From contig OZ252279.1 of assembly GCA_965250005.1 (NCBI GenBank), positions 1,770,001-1,802,000 of the forward strand: a stretch of DNA of 32,000 nucleotides, read 5' to 3'. This DNA comes from Demequinaceae bacterium. GTDB lineage: Bacteria > Actinomycetota > Actinomycetes > Actinomycetales > Demequinaceae. Shown one piece after another: positions 21,832 through 30,523 of this stretch; position 1 is the first letter of the stretch, and each line of letters opens with the position of its first letter. Under the pieces are notes generated by a model that saw nothing but the letters and a program-made list of their open reading frames with translations, was not told the origin of the DNA and did not search any database. The position numbers were made by a program, and so were the translations under genes.

Positions 21832-23445
21832 TTAGATCCAGCCGAACTTCTCGTCGCCGAATAGCGACGTGATCTCAAGGTCCCCGATGTGCCACGGGAG
21901 CGGAGCAATCCACATGTGCGTGCTCCAGTAATCCCTGGGGATCCATTGCCCAGTCCAGAGCGGATAGAAGAAGGCCGCGAAGATGAGCGCGAGCGCGATG
22001 AAGCCGCCCACCATGAGTCCTCCTCGGCGCGACCATCCGCCCTTGAGGCGAGGAGGTTGCGCAATTCGCTGCGACGCCCAGGCGAGCGTAAGCATGACGA
22101 ACGGAGCGATTGCAACGGTGTAGAAGGTGAACGTCACGCGGTTGGGGTACAGGAACCAAGGGAGCCAGCCCGCGAGTACACCAAAGGCGACGCTGCCCGC
22201 GAGCACGTCGCGCCGCACGTACGCCCGGAAGAGGGCGTAGAGGAGCGCTGCACTCCCCGCCCACCACAGCAGCGGGTTGCCGAGGGCGCTAATCGCGGAA
22301 GTGCAAGAACTCGCGCCGCATTGAGCCTGACCGTCTTCGGTCACGCCGCTGTAATAGAACGCGGTGGGGCGTCCTTGAATCGTCCATGACCACGGCCGTG
22401 ATTCGTACGTGTGAGTGGAGTTCAGGGTTCTATGAAACTTGTAGGTCGCCTGCTGATAGTGAACCCACGACCGGAGGTCCTCGGGCAGCCACTGCTCGCC
22501 CTCGTCCGGGTGCGTCTGGGCCCATTGGCGATCGTGCGACCCCTCGGATGCGAACCACGGGACCCACGTGAGCGTGTAGGCGAGCGGCAGGACCGTGACT
22601 GTTGCGAGGAGCGCCGGGAGGGCCGCGCGCACTAATCCCGAGCCGAACCAGTTCTGGATTCTCGCATCGCGACGATCAATGATGTCCCAGGCGACTGAGA
22701 GCAGCATGAAGAATGCCGCGAAGTAGAGGGAAGACCACTTGACTCCGGCGCCTAGACCGAGCGCCACGAGAGCAGCCATCCGGAACCAGCGGATCCCAAT
22801 GCGCGGGCCAAACCCCGCGAGCAGGGTGTCATCAGGCAGTTTGAGTCGAGCGCGCGCGGCGGCCACGGCCGCCATGAGTTTCTTACGAGAGCGGCGCCGA
22901 TCCCACACGAGCAGGGCGAAGGCTGAGACTAAGAAAAATGTGAGGAAGATGTCGAGGAGCGCGGCCCGCGACAGGACGACGTGCTGCCCGTCAATTGCGA
23001 GGAAGAGGCCGGCGACGCCGCCCCACAGCGTTGATTTGAGGAGGATGCGGGCCGTGAGCGCGAGGATGAGCACGGTGATGGTGCCGATGAGCGCGGAAGA
23101 GAACCTCCAGCCGAACGGTATCCCGCCAAAGATCTGAATACCGCCGGCGATCATCCACTTGCCTAGCGGTGGGTGCACCGCGCGGTCGCTCGCGGTTTGC
23201 AAGCCCGAGAGGTCTCCCTGTGCGTACGCCTGTTTCTCTCCCGTCCAGTTTCCCTCGTAGCCCAGTTCGAGCAGCGAGGCGGCGCCGCGTGCGTAGTAGA
23301 GCTCATCGAATACGAGGCTCTCGGGTTCGCCAAGGCCTACAAAGCGAAGGGCGGCTGCGAGCCCACCAACGCCGATGAGCATGATGGGCAGGCGCCAACG
23401 CCAGAGCCATGTAATGAAACTGTGGATGCGGGCGTCGGTGAGCAC
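21832..23445 (-). CDS. pmt: Dolichyl/polyprenyl-phosphate-mannose protein O-mannosyltransferase (PMT family)
   Basis: Polytopic membrane protein with VFDELYYARGA (the DE motif of PMT/GT39-type enzymes). Its position is divergent from rsmI, as for Rv1002c/Rv1003 in Mycobacterium. Confidence 0.85.
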   Translation of the reverse strand: MLTDARIHSFITWLWRWRLPIMLIGVGGLAAALRFVGLGEPESLVFDELYYARGAASLLELGYEGNWTGEKQAYAQGDLSGLQTASDRAVHPPLGKWMIAGGIQIFGGIPFGWRFSSALIGTITVLILALTARILLKSTLWGGVAGLFLAIDGQHVVLSRAALLDIFLTFFLVSAFALLVWDRRRSRKKLMAAVAAARARLKLPDDTLLAGFGPRIGIRWFRMAALVALGLGAGVKWSSLYFAAFFMLLSVAWDIIDRRDARIQNWFGSGLVRAALPALLATVTVLPLAYTLTWVPWFASEGSHDRQWAQTHPDEGEQWLPEDLRSWVHYQQATYKFHRTLNSTHTYESRPWSWTIQGRPTAFYYSGVTEDGQAQCGASSCTSAISALGNPLLWWAGSAALLYALFRAYVRRDVLAGSVAFGVLAGWLPWFLYPNRVTFTFYTVAIAPFVMLTLAWASQRIAQPPRLKGGWSRRGGLMVGGFIALALIFAAFFYPLWTGQWIPRDYWSTHMWIAPLPWHIGDLEITSLFGDEKFGWI

Positions 23446-23515
23446 GGGGCCAGCCTATAGGGGCGACGCGCGGTGAGGCCGGGCCAACCCGGACGCGTTG
23501 TGCAACCCTTGAGCC

Positions 23516-24355
23516 ATGACCGGCCACATTGTTCTCGCGGCGACTCCCATCGGCAACGTTGGTGACGCATCGGCTCGACTACGCGAGGCTCTCGCGGGCG
23601 CCGACGTGGTCGCTGCGGAAGACACCCGCCGCGTGCGGGACTTGGCGAAGAGGCTCGATGTGACGATCGCGGGCCGGGTGCTCGCCGTCCACGACCACAA
23701 TGAGCGCGACGTGGCTCCCACGCTCGTGGCGCGTGCCGCCGCGGGCCAGACGGTGGTGCTGGTTTCGGATGCGGGGATGCCGACGGTTTCGGACCCGGGG
23801 TTCGCCGTGGTGCAGGCCGCAGCCGCAGCCGGAGTGGCCGTGACCGTGCTGCCGGGGCCGAGCGCCGTGCTCGCCGCCCTCGCCCTGTCCGGTCTACCCA
23901 CGGATCGGTTCTGCTTCGAGGGGTTCCTTCCCCGCAAGGCGGGGGAGAGGGCGTCCGTCCTGAAAGCGCTGGCGATGGAGCAGCGCACCATGGTGTTCTT
24001 CGAGGCGCCGCACCGGCTCGCCGACTCACTCGCGGCGGCAGCCGATGCGCTGGGCGCCGACCGCGCGGCCACCGTGTCGCGCGAAATCACCAAGACCTAC
24101 GAGGAGACGCGCCGTGGCTCGCTGGCCGAGCTCGCCGCATGGGCTGCGTCAGAGGCCCCCAAGGGTGAGATGGTCATCGTGATCGGCGGAAGGCCCGCAG
24201 GGGAAGCGAGCCTCGAGGCGCTGGTGGCCGAGGTGATCGCACGTGCCCAGGCCGGGGAGCGACTCAAGGAAGCGGTGGCCGAGGTCGCCGAGGCAGGCGG
24301 CATGGCCAAGCGGGATCTGTACGCTGCGGCTCTCGCGGCCCGCGCGTTGGAGTAG
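23516..24355 (+). CDS. rsmI: 16S rRNA (cytidine1402-2'-O)-methyltransferase
   Basis: IVLAATPIGNVGDASARLREALAGADVVAAEDTRR...FEGFLPRK...MVFFEAPHRL...SREITKTYEE. Confidence 0.9.
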   Translation: MTGHIVLAATPIGNVGDASARLREALAGADVVAAEDTRRVRDLAKRLDVTIAGRVLAVHDHNERDVAPTLVARAAAGQTVVLVSDAGMPTVSDPGFAVVQAAAAAGVAVTVLPGPSAVLAALALSGLPTDRFCFEGFLPRKAGERASVLKALAMEQRTMVFFEAPHRLADSLAAAADALGADRAATVSREITKTYEETRRGSLAELAAWAASEAPKGEMVIVIGGRPAGEASLEALVAEVIARAQAGERLKEAVAEVAEAGGMAKRDLYAAALAARALE

Positions 24356-24391
24356 CCGCGAGCGTTCCGGCGCGTCAGTAGGATGGAGCGC

Positions 24392-26182
24392 ATGTCTCAC
24401 ATCCTGAGCGCCGTCGCCTGGCCCTACGCTAACGGCCCGCGACACATCGGCCACGTTGCCGGATTCGGTGTTCCCTCCGACGTGTTCAGCCGCTACATGC
24501 GCATGGCCGGGCACGACGTACTGATGGTGTCTGGCACAGACGAACACGGCACGCCCATTTTGGTTCAGGCGGATCAAGAGGGCGTTTCGCCGCAGGAGCT
24601 CGCGGACCGCTACAACCGCGTCATCGTCGAGGATCTCACGCAGCTCGGGCTTAGCTACGACCTCTTCACCCGCACCACTACCGGCAACCACTTCGCGACC
24701 GCGCAGGCAATGTTCAAGGCGGTGCACGCGAACGGCTACATGATCACCCAGAAGGGCATGGGCGCCATCAGCCCGTCGACCGGCCGCACGCTGCCGGACC
24801 GCTACATAGAAGGAACGTGCCCCATCTGCGATGCGCCCGATGCGCGCGGAGACCAGTGCGACACGTGCGGCAATCAGCTGGACGCCGCGGAGCTCAAGAA
24901 CCCTGTTAGCAAGATCAACGGCGAGACACCCACATTTGTGGAAACCGAGCACCTCTATCTAGACCTTCCGGCTGTGGCCTCCGAACTCGCGCGATGGCTC
25001 GGCTCGCGCGACGGCTGGCGCCCCAACGTTCTCAACTTCTCGAGGAATCTGCTCGCGGACGTTCGCCCGCGCGCCATGACCCGGGACATTGATTGGGGCA
25101 TCCCCGTCCCGCTGGACGGCTGGAGCGACAACCCGAACAAGCGCCTGTACGTGTGGTTTGACGCGGTCATCGGCTACTTGTCTGCGTCGATCGAGTGGGC
25201 ACGCCGCCGCGACGAACCGGAGTCGTGGCGCTTGTGGTGGAACAACCCCGAGGCGCTGTCGTACTACTTCATGGGCAAGGACAACATCACGTTTCATTCG
25301 CAGATCTGGCCGGGTGAACTTCTCGCCGCTAACGGCCAGGGCGCGCACGGGGGCGAACTCAGCGAGTTTGGCGAGCTGCGGTTGCCAACCGAGGTGGTGT
25401 CGAGCGAATTCCTCACAATGGAGTCGGCCAAGTTTTCGTCGTCGCGCGGGCACGTCATCTACGTGCGCGACATGCTCGCCCGGTACCAGCCGGACGCACT
25501 GCGGTACTTCATTGCCACAGCGGGGCCGGAAACCGCAGACGCGGACTTCACGTGGGCTGAGTTCAAGCGTCGCGCCAATGATGAACTGGTCGCGGGCTGG
25601 GGCAATCTGGTCAACCGCACGGCTTCGCTGCTCAACAAGAACATCGGCTCGATTCCAGAGCAAACGGACCTCCAGGAGATCGATCGGGACGCATTGTCTG
25701 CTTCAGAGGCAGGCTTTGGCACCGTTGGAGATTTGATCGGCAAGCAGCGTCAGCGCCAGGCGATTAACGAGGCGATGCGGGTCGTGGGCGACGCGAACAA
25801 GTACCTCGCCGACACGGCGCCGTGGAAGCTTAAGACCGCGGACCCTGAACGGATGAAGACAGTCCTCGGTGTGGCTGCGCAGTTGGTGAGCGACTGCAAC
25901 ACTATGCTCGCGCCGTTCATGCCGCATGGCGCGCAAACTGTCCACGAGACGCTCGGAGGCACCGGCACGTTCGCGCCGATGCCGGTGATGAACGAGGTCT
26001 CGGACCTGGACTTGCCCGACCGTGAGTACCCGGTGATTCAGGGCGACTACTCGGTAATGCATGGCACGTGGAGCCGCACTCCGCTGGTTCCCGGCACCGT
26101 GATCGAGCCTCCCGCGCCTATCTTTGACAAGCTCGACGACGAGATCGTGGAGCAAGAGCTCGCCCGTATGAGCGAGGACTAA
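24392..26182 (+). CDS. metG: Methionine--tRNA ligase
   Basis: [24 protein letters not shown] (HIGH motif), zinc knuckle [25 protein letters not shown] (KMSKS-like). ATG 24392 or 24383. Confidence 0.95.
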   Translation: MSHILSAVAWPYANGPRHIGHVAGFGVPSDVFSRYMRMAGHDVLMVSGTDEHGTPILVQADQEGVSPQELADRYNRVIVEDLTQLGLSYDLFTRTTTGNHFATAQAMFKAVHANGYMITQKGMGAISPSTGRTLPDRYIEGTCPICDAPDARGDQCDTCGNQLDAAELKNPVSKINGETPTFVETEHLYLDLPAVASELARWLGSRDGWRPNVLNFSRNLLADVRPRAMTRDIDWGIPVPLDGWSDNPNKRLYVWFDAVIGYLSASIEWARRRDEPESWRLWWNNPEALSYYFMGKDNITFHSQIWPGELLAANGQGAHGGELSEFGELRLPTEVVSSEFLTMESAKFSSSRGHVIYVRDMLARYQPDALRYFIATAGPETADADFTWAEFKRRANDELVAGWGNLVNRTASLLNKNIGSIPEQTDLQEIDRDALSASEAGFGTVGDLIGKQRQRQAINEAMRVVGDANKYLADTAPWKLKTADPERMKTVLGVAAQLVSDCNTMLAPFMPHGAQTVHETLGGTGTFAPMPVMNEVSDLDLPDREYPVIQGDYSVMHGTWSRTPLVPGTVIEPPAPIFDKLDDEIVEQELARMSED

Positions 26183-26185
26183 CTC

Positions 26186-27037
26186 TTGACTCGTGGCGGC
26201 GCGTGGCCGCCTCCGCCCCAACCGCTACCTGTCGCGATTGCGGACAACCACGCCCACCTTGAATGGCCCGCGGGAGACCAACCCAAGACGGTTCGGGAGC
26301 GCATAGACGATGCTGCCGCGGCGGGAATCGACCGGATAGTTCAGATCGGATGCGAGCTGGAATCGGCCCGCTGGACGGTGGCGGCGGTTGACGACCACCC
26401 AGAGTTGCTGGGAGGCGTGGCGTTGCACCCGAACGAAGCTCCCAAACATGCAGACGGCTCACACGAATCGGGAATCAACTACGAGGACGCGTTCGCGCAA
26501 ATCGCGGCGCTAGCGCGCGGCGAGCGCATCCGCGTGGTCGGAGAGACGGGGCTGGATTTTTTCCGTACCGAGCCCGGCGGGAGGGACGCGCAGGTGCGCG
26601 CGTTCCGCGATCACATCGCGCTTGCCAAGGAGTTAGGCAAACCGCTCCAGATCCACGACCGCGACGCACACGCCAACGTGATCGCCGTTCTCGAATCGGA
26701 CGGCGCGCCCGAGCGGACCGTCTTCCACTGCTTCAGTGGCGACGCGGCCATGGCGCGCCTGTGCGCGGAACGCGGCTGGTACCTCAGTTTTGCCGGTCCG
26801 GTGACGTTCAAGAACGCTGCCGAGCTACGCGGCGCGCTCGCCGTCACGCCGCTCGACCTGGTTCTGATCGAGACGGATTCGCCGTTCCTCACCCCGCAGC
26901 CCCACCGCGGACTCCCGAACGCCCCGTACCTGGCAGCGCTGACCGCTCGCGAGGTTGCCCGAGTCAAGCAAGTCCCCCTGGAGGACGCGTGCATCGCCGT
27001 GTCCGCGACATCTAATGAGGTATACGGACCATGGTGA
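26186..27037 (+). CDS. TatD-family metal-dependent hydrolase
   Basis: IADNHAHLE, GETGLDF, LQIHDRDAH, HCFSGD, ETDSPFLTP. Confidence 0.9.
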   Translation: MTRGGAWPPPPQPLPVAIADNHAHLEWPAGDQPKTVRERIDDAAAAGIDRIVQIGCELESARWTVAAVDDHPELLGGVALHPNEAPKHADGSHESGINYEDAFAQIAALARGERIRVVGETGLDFFRTEPGGRDAQVRAFRDHIALAKELGKPLQIHDRDAHANVIAVLESDGAPERTVFHCFSGDAAMARLCAERGWYLSFAGPVTFKNAAELRGALAVTPLDLVLIETDSPFLTPQPHRGLPNAPYLAALTAREVARVKQVPLEDACIAVSATSNEVYGPW

Positions 27038-27603
27038 AGCCCTTCGAGGTGGCCGCGAACGCGGCGCTCATTGTTGTGGACGTGCAAGAGGCCTTCGAGG
27101 ACCCCCGCTGGCCGCCGCGCAACAATCCCGCGTGCGAGGCGAATGTGGCGTTGCTCATTGAGCGCTGGCAAGCAACGGAGCGGCCGGTGGTGATGGTTCG
27201 GCACGACTCCGTCGAGCCCGGGAGCCCCTTTGCGCCCGGGACGCCAGGGAACGTGCTCAAGGCGGAGGTCGCCAGCGTCAACGCGGACCTGCTGGTCACC
27301 AAGAGCGTGAACTCGTCCTTCCACGGGAAGCCCGACCTGGAGGCGTGGCTGCGCGAGCGCGACATCGGTCAGATAGCGGTTGTCGGAATCCAGACCAACA
27401 TGTGCTGCGAGACTACCGCGCGGGTGGGCGGAAACCTGGGCTTCGACGTGCTGTTCGTGCTGGACGCGACAGCGACATTCGACCTCGACGGGCCGGACGG
27501 CCGCGCCTTCACTGCGGACGAGCTCAGCGCTGTCACCGCCGCAAACATCGACGACGAGTTCGGCACCGTGGTCTCCACAGCTCAGTTGCTCGACGCCGCC
27601 TGA
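27031..27603 (+). CDS. Isochorismatase-family cysteine hydrolase
   Basis: ALIVVDVQEAF, VTKSVNSSF, IAVVGIQTNMCCETTAR (catalytic Cys). ATGGTGA overlap with the tatD stop. Confidence 0.85.
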   Translation: MVKPFEVAANAALIVVDVQEAFEDPRWPPRNNPACEANVALLIERWQATERPVVMVRHDSVEPGSPFAPGTPGNVLKAEVASVNADLLVTKSVNSSFHGKPDLEAWLRERDIGQIAVVGIQTNMCCETTARVGGNLGFDVLFVLDATATFDLDGPDGRAFTADELSAVTAANIDDEFGTVVSTAQLLDAA

Positions 27604-27690
27604 CGGGCACCGTTCAAGCGGCTCGAGCGTTGTGCCGATATGTAGGGAGAACGGGCGTGCGCGAGCGCGCCCACAGTCGAAAGGCCCCAC

Positions 27691-28482
27691 GTGTCCGTCA
27701 CAACCGCCGCAGCGCCGGGTAGCCGTCGCGAGCGACGCGCACGCGCCAAGGCGCACACGAGGACAGTGCGGCTCGCGATCGTGGCGGGGGTGAGCGCTCT
27801 GGCTGTGACGGCCGGAGCGGTAGTCGCGGTGGAGGCGTCGGTGGTTCCATCTGACGCGATCCCGGCAGCGGAAAGCGGGACAATCGCGCCCATTCACGCG
27901 GGCGACGCTCCCATCGAGACACTGTCCACTGAGAGTGTCGAGCAGGTGATTGCGCCCGAGGTGATCGAGCAGGCGGACAGCTACTTGCCCGTGGGGATGA
28001 CTCGCCGAATCTCGTCCGGCGACCCCGGCCTGATGGAGGTCACGTACGTCGTCACCACGGTGGACGGAGTCGTGGTCGACCGTGTTGAGCTTGCGACGGT
28101 GGTAGTCGAACCGGCGACCGCCGATGCCGTGGCGGTGGGCACGCTCATCGTTCCTGAGCGCCCGGCGATCGCGCCGGGCTCAAACCGCGCGATCGGCAAG
28201 GCCCTGGCCGCGCAGTGGGGCTGGACGGGCATCCAGTGGCAGTGCTTCGACAACCTCATGCAGCGCGAGTCTGGCTGGCGACACACGGCCAAGAACCCGT
28301 CTTCGGGCGCGTACGGGATACCGCAGTCCCTCCCCGCATCGAAGATGGCCAGCTACGGCAGCGACTACCTCACCAATCCCGCGACGCAGATCAAGTGGGG
28401 GCTCGACTACGTCAAGAACCGCTACGGGACGCCTTGCTACGCGTGGGGCTTCTGGAACGACCGGTATCCTCACTGGTACTAA
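27691..28482 (+). CDS. Secreted/anchored G5-domain protein with a C-terminal transglycosylase-like domain (RpfB-position cell-wall hydrolase)
   Basis: N-terminal anchor VRLAIVAGVSALAVTAGAVVAV. G5-like SSGDPGLMEVTYVVTTVDGVVVDRVELATVVV. C-terminal WQCFDNLMQRESGWRHTAKNPSSGAYGIPQSLPASKM...YGTPCYAW. Confidence 0.8.
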   Translation: MSVTTAAAPGSRRERRARAKAHTRTVRLAIVAGVSALAVTAGAVVAVEASVVPSDAIPAAESGTIAPIHAGDAPIETLSTESVEQVIAPEVIEQADSYLPVGMTRRISSGDPGLMEVTYVVTTVDGVVVDRVELATVVVEPATADAVAVGTLIVPERPAIAPGSNRAIGKALAAQWGWTGIQWQCFDNLMQRESGWRHTAKNPSSGAYGIPQSLPASKMASYGSDYLTNPATQIKWGLDYVKNRYGTPCYAWGFWNDRYPHWY

Positions 28483-29396
28483 TGGCATCTCTCTTAGGCC
28501 CTGGGGACATTCGGTTCCTCGCCGAGTCCATCGGCATGCGCCCCACCAAACAGTGGGGGCAGAACTTCGTGGTTGACCCCGGAACCGTCAAGCGAATCGT
28601 GAAGATTGCAGGCGTCACGCCGGGCGAGCACGTGGTGGAAGTGGGCCCTGGCCTAGGCTCCCTGACGCTCGCGCTGCTAGACGCCCAAGCACGCGTGACG
28701 GCCGTCGAGATCGACCCGGCGCTGGCCGCCGCGCTTCCTGGTACCGCCGCGCAACGCGCGCCGCGCGAGGCTGGCATGCTCACGGTCATTAACCAGGACG
28801 CCCTCACGGTCACGTTCGATCAGATCGCGGCAGCGACAGGAGATGATGCCGGAGCGGGTGATGGTGGAGCGGACCAAGCCCGTGAGCCCACCGCCCTCGT
28901 CGCGAACCTGCCGTACAACGTCTCCGTGCCGGTGATCCTGCATTTCCTGGAGCATTTTCCCGGTATCGAGCGCATCCTGGTGATGGTGCAGGCCGAGGTA
29001 GCAGACCGCCTGGCCGAGCCCCCCGGCACCCGCACGTACGGCATCCCGTCCGCCAAAGCCGCGTGGTACGCGTCCGTGCGCCGCGCCGGCAACGTCAAGC
29101 GAAACGCGTTCTGGCCGGTGCCGCGCGTGGACAGCGCGCTGCTGCTCATGGAGCGCCGCCCGCTCCCGCTCACCACAGCATCCCGTGAAGAGGTGTTCGT
29201 GGTGATCGACGCGGCGTTTGCGCAGCGCCGCAAGGCGATGCGCGCCAGCCTGCGCGAACTCGCGGGTTCCACGGAGGCGTCCACCGCAGTGCTCGAGGCT
29301 GCCGGAATCGAGCCGCTTGAGCGCGGCGAAAAGCTGGGCATTGGCGAGTTTGCCCGCATTGCTGAGGCGCTCGCGGCCTATCGCGTTCGCCCCTGA
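28482..29396 (+). CDS. rsmA: 16S rRNA (adenine1518/1519-N6)-dimethyltransferase
   Basis: PTKQWGQNFVVD, VVEVGPGLGSLTLALL, ANLPYNVSVP. TAATG overlap with the previous stop. The ORF-track start at 28215 lies inside the upstream gene. Confidence 0.9.
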   Translation: MASLLGPGDIRFLAESIGMRPTKQWGQNFVVDPGTVKRIVKIAGVTPGEHVVEVGPGLGSLTLALLDAQARVTAVEIDPALAAALPGTAAQRAPREAGMLTVINQDALTVTFDQIAAATGDDAGAGDGGADQAREPTALVANLPYNVSVPVILHFLEHFPGIERILVMVQAEVADRLAEPPGTRTYGIPSAKAAWYASVRRAGNVKRNAFWPVPRVDSALLLMERRPLPLTTASREEVFVVIDAAFAQRRKAMRASLRELAGSTEASTAVLEAAGIEPLERGEKLGIGEFARIAEALAAYRVRP

Positions 29397-29405
29397 TCTG
29401 ACACC

Positions 29406-30386
29406 GTGGGAGACATGGGCATGATGAGGTTGCCGGATGAGCCGAGCGAGCCGCGCGGGGTTTCCGTGCGTGCGCCCGCCAAGGTGAACCTGCAACTGTC
29501 CGTAGGGCCAGTCCAGGAGGATGGGTTTCACCTTCTCGCTACCGTGTTCCAGGCCGTGTCGATGTGGGAGACAGTGGTGGCCGTGCCCCGCGCGGATGCA
29601 GAGTTCACGTGCGCGCTTGAGGTGCGGCCCACCATCTCCGTTGCCGCCGGCGCGGTGCCGCTAGACGAATCAAACCTCGCGATGCGAGCCGCGCGGGCGG
29701 TAGCCGCACGCTACGGCGTGACCGCGGGCGTTGACCTGCGCATCCTCAAGGGCGTTCCCGTCGCGGGCGGGATGGCAGGCGGTAGCGCCGATGCCGCCGC
29801 GGCCCTGGTCGCGTGCGCGGAGGCGTGGGGCGTGGGCGCCACGCGTTCGGAGCTGGACGAGTTGGCGGCGACGCTTGGGTCCGACGTGCCGTTCGGTCTG
29901 CATGGCCACACGGCTGTGGGGCTGGGCCGCGGTGAGCAGCTCACGCCCGCGATGACGCGCGGCGAGTTTCACTGGGTGTTCGCAACCCAGGCGCAGGGGC
30001 TGTCCACCGGAGCCGTCTACGCGGAGTACGATCGCGCACTGGCCGACGGCGATCGCCTGGGTGTGCAGCCGCGTATCGATGAGGAGCTTATGGTGGCGCT
30101 TCGCGCAGGGGACGCTGCTGGCGTGGGGGAGCGGCTCCACAACGATTTGCAGGATTCGGCGCTCGCGTTGGCCCCGCATCTGTCGGCGACGCTTGACTCC
30201 GCGTTGAGCGCGGGTGCGCTTGGGGCGATCGTCTCGGGTTCTGGGCCCACGGTGGCTGCGCTGGCGCGTTCGCGGCAGCACGCACTCGGGGTCGCTGCGG
30301 GGATTTCGGCAGCCGGAACCGCGGACGCGGTGCTGTGTGTTGAGGGCCCCGTCAATGGTGCGACCATCGTCGCAATGGACGTTTAG
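29406..30386 (+). CDS. ispE: 4-diphosphocytidyl-2-C-methyl-D-erythritol kinase
   Basis: APAKVNLQLSVGPVQEDGFHLL, LKGVPVAGGMAGGSADAAAAL (GHMP kinase motif), SGSGPTVAAL. The start is GTG 29406 or one of the ATGs at 29415-29424. Confidence 0.9.
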   Translation: MGDMGMMRLPDEPSEPRGVSVRAPAKVNLQLSVGPVQEDGFHLLATVFQAVSMWETVVAVPRADAEFTCALEVRPTISVAAGAVPLDESNLAMRAARAVAARYGVTAGVDLRILKGVPVAGGMAGGSADAAAALVACAEAWGVGATRSELDELAATLGSDVPFGLHGHTAVGLGRGEQLTPAMTRGEFHWVFATQAQGLSTGAVYAEYDRALADGDRLGVQPRIDEELMVALRAGDAAGVGERLHNDLQDSALALAPHLSATLDSALSAGALGAIVSGSGPTVAALARSRQHALGVAAGISAAGTADAVLCVEGPVNGATIVAMDV

Positions 30387-30523
30387 CCGCCCGAATTGGC
30401 TCGTTCGTCCCAAGAATCCACCGCCAATGTTCCGTTCCGCTTGCGGGTGGCTGGTGAGGGTTATACGTTTGCCAACCAATAGCGGCCACGGTTGGCTGGG
30501 CGAGTTATCCCGAGGGGGATCCC

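Noticed and set aside
23337-24952. Minus-strand ORFs 23337..24029, 23455..24093 and 24149..24952 antisense to rsmI/metG
   Set aside because: These are shadow ORFs of highly conserved housekeeping genes, with Pro/Arg/Ala-rich translations.
27604-27690. Possible cyclic-di-AMP (ydaO-type) riboswitch upstream of the Rpf-position cell-wall hydrolase, as known for some actinobacterial rpf genes
   Set aside because: The gap is only about 87 nt, and I could not find the conserved pseudo-twofold ACGGGGA/CCGA-type elements. I do not consider it supported without an Rfam scan.
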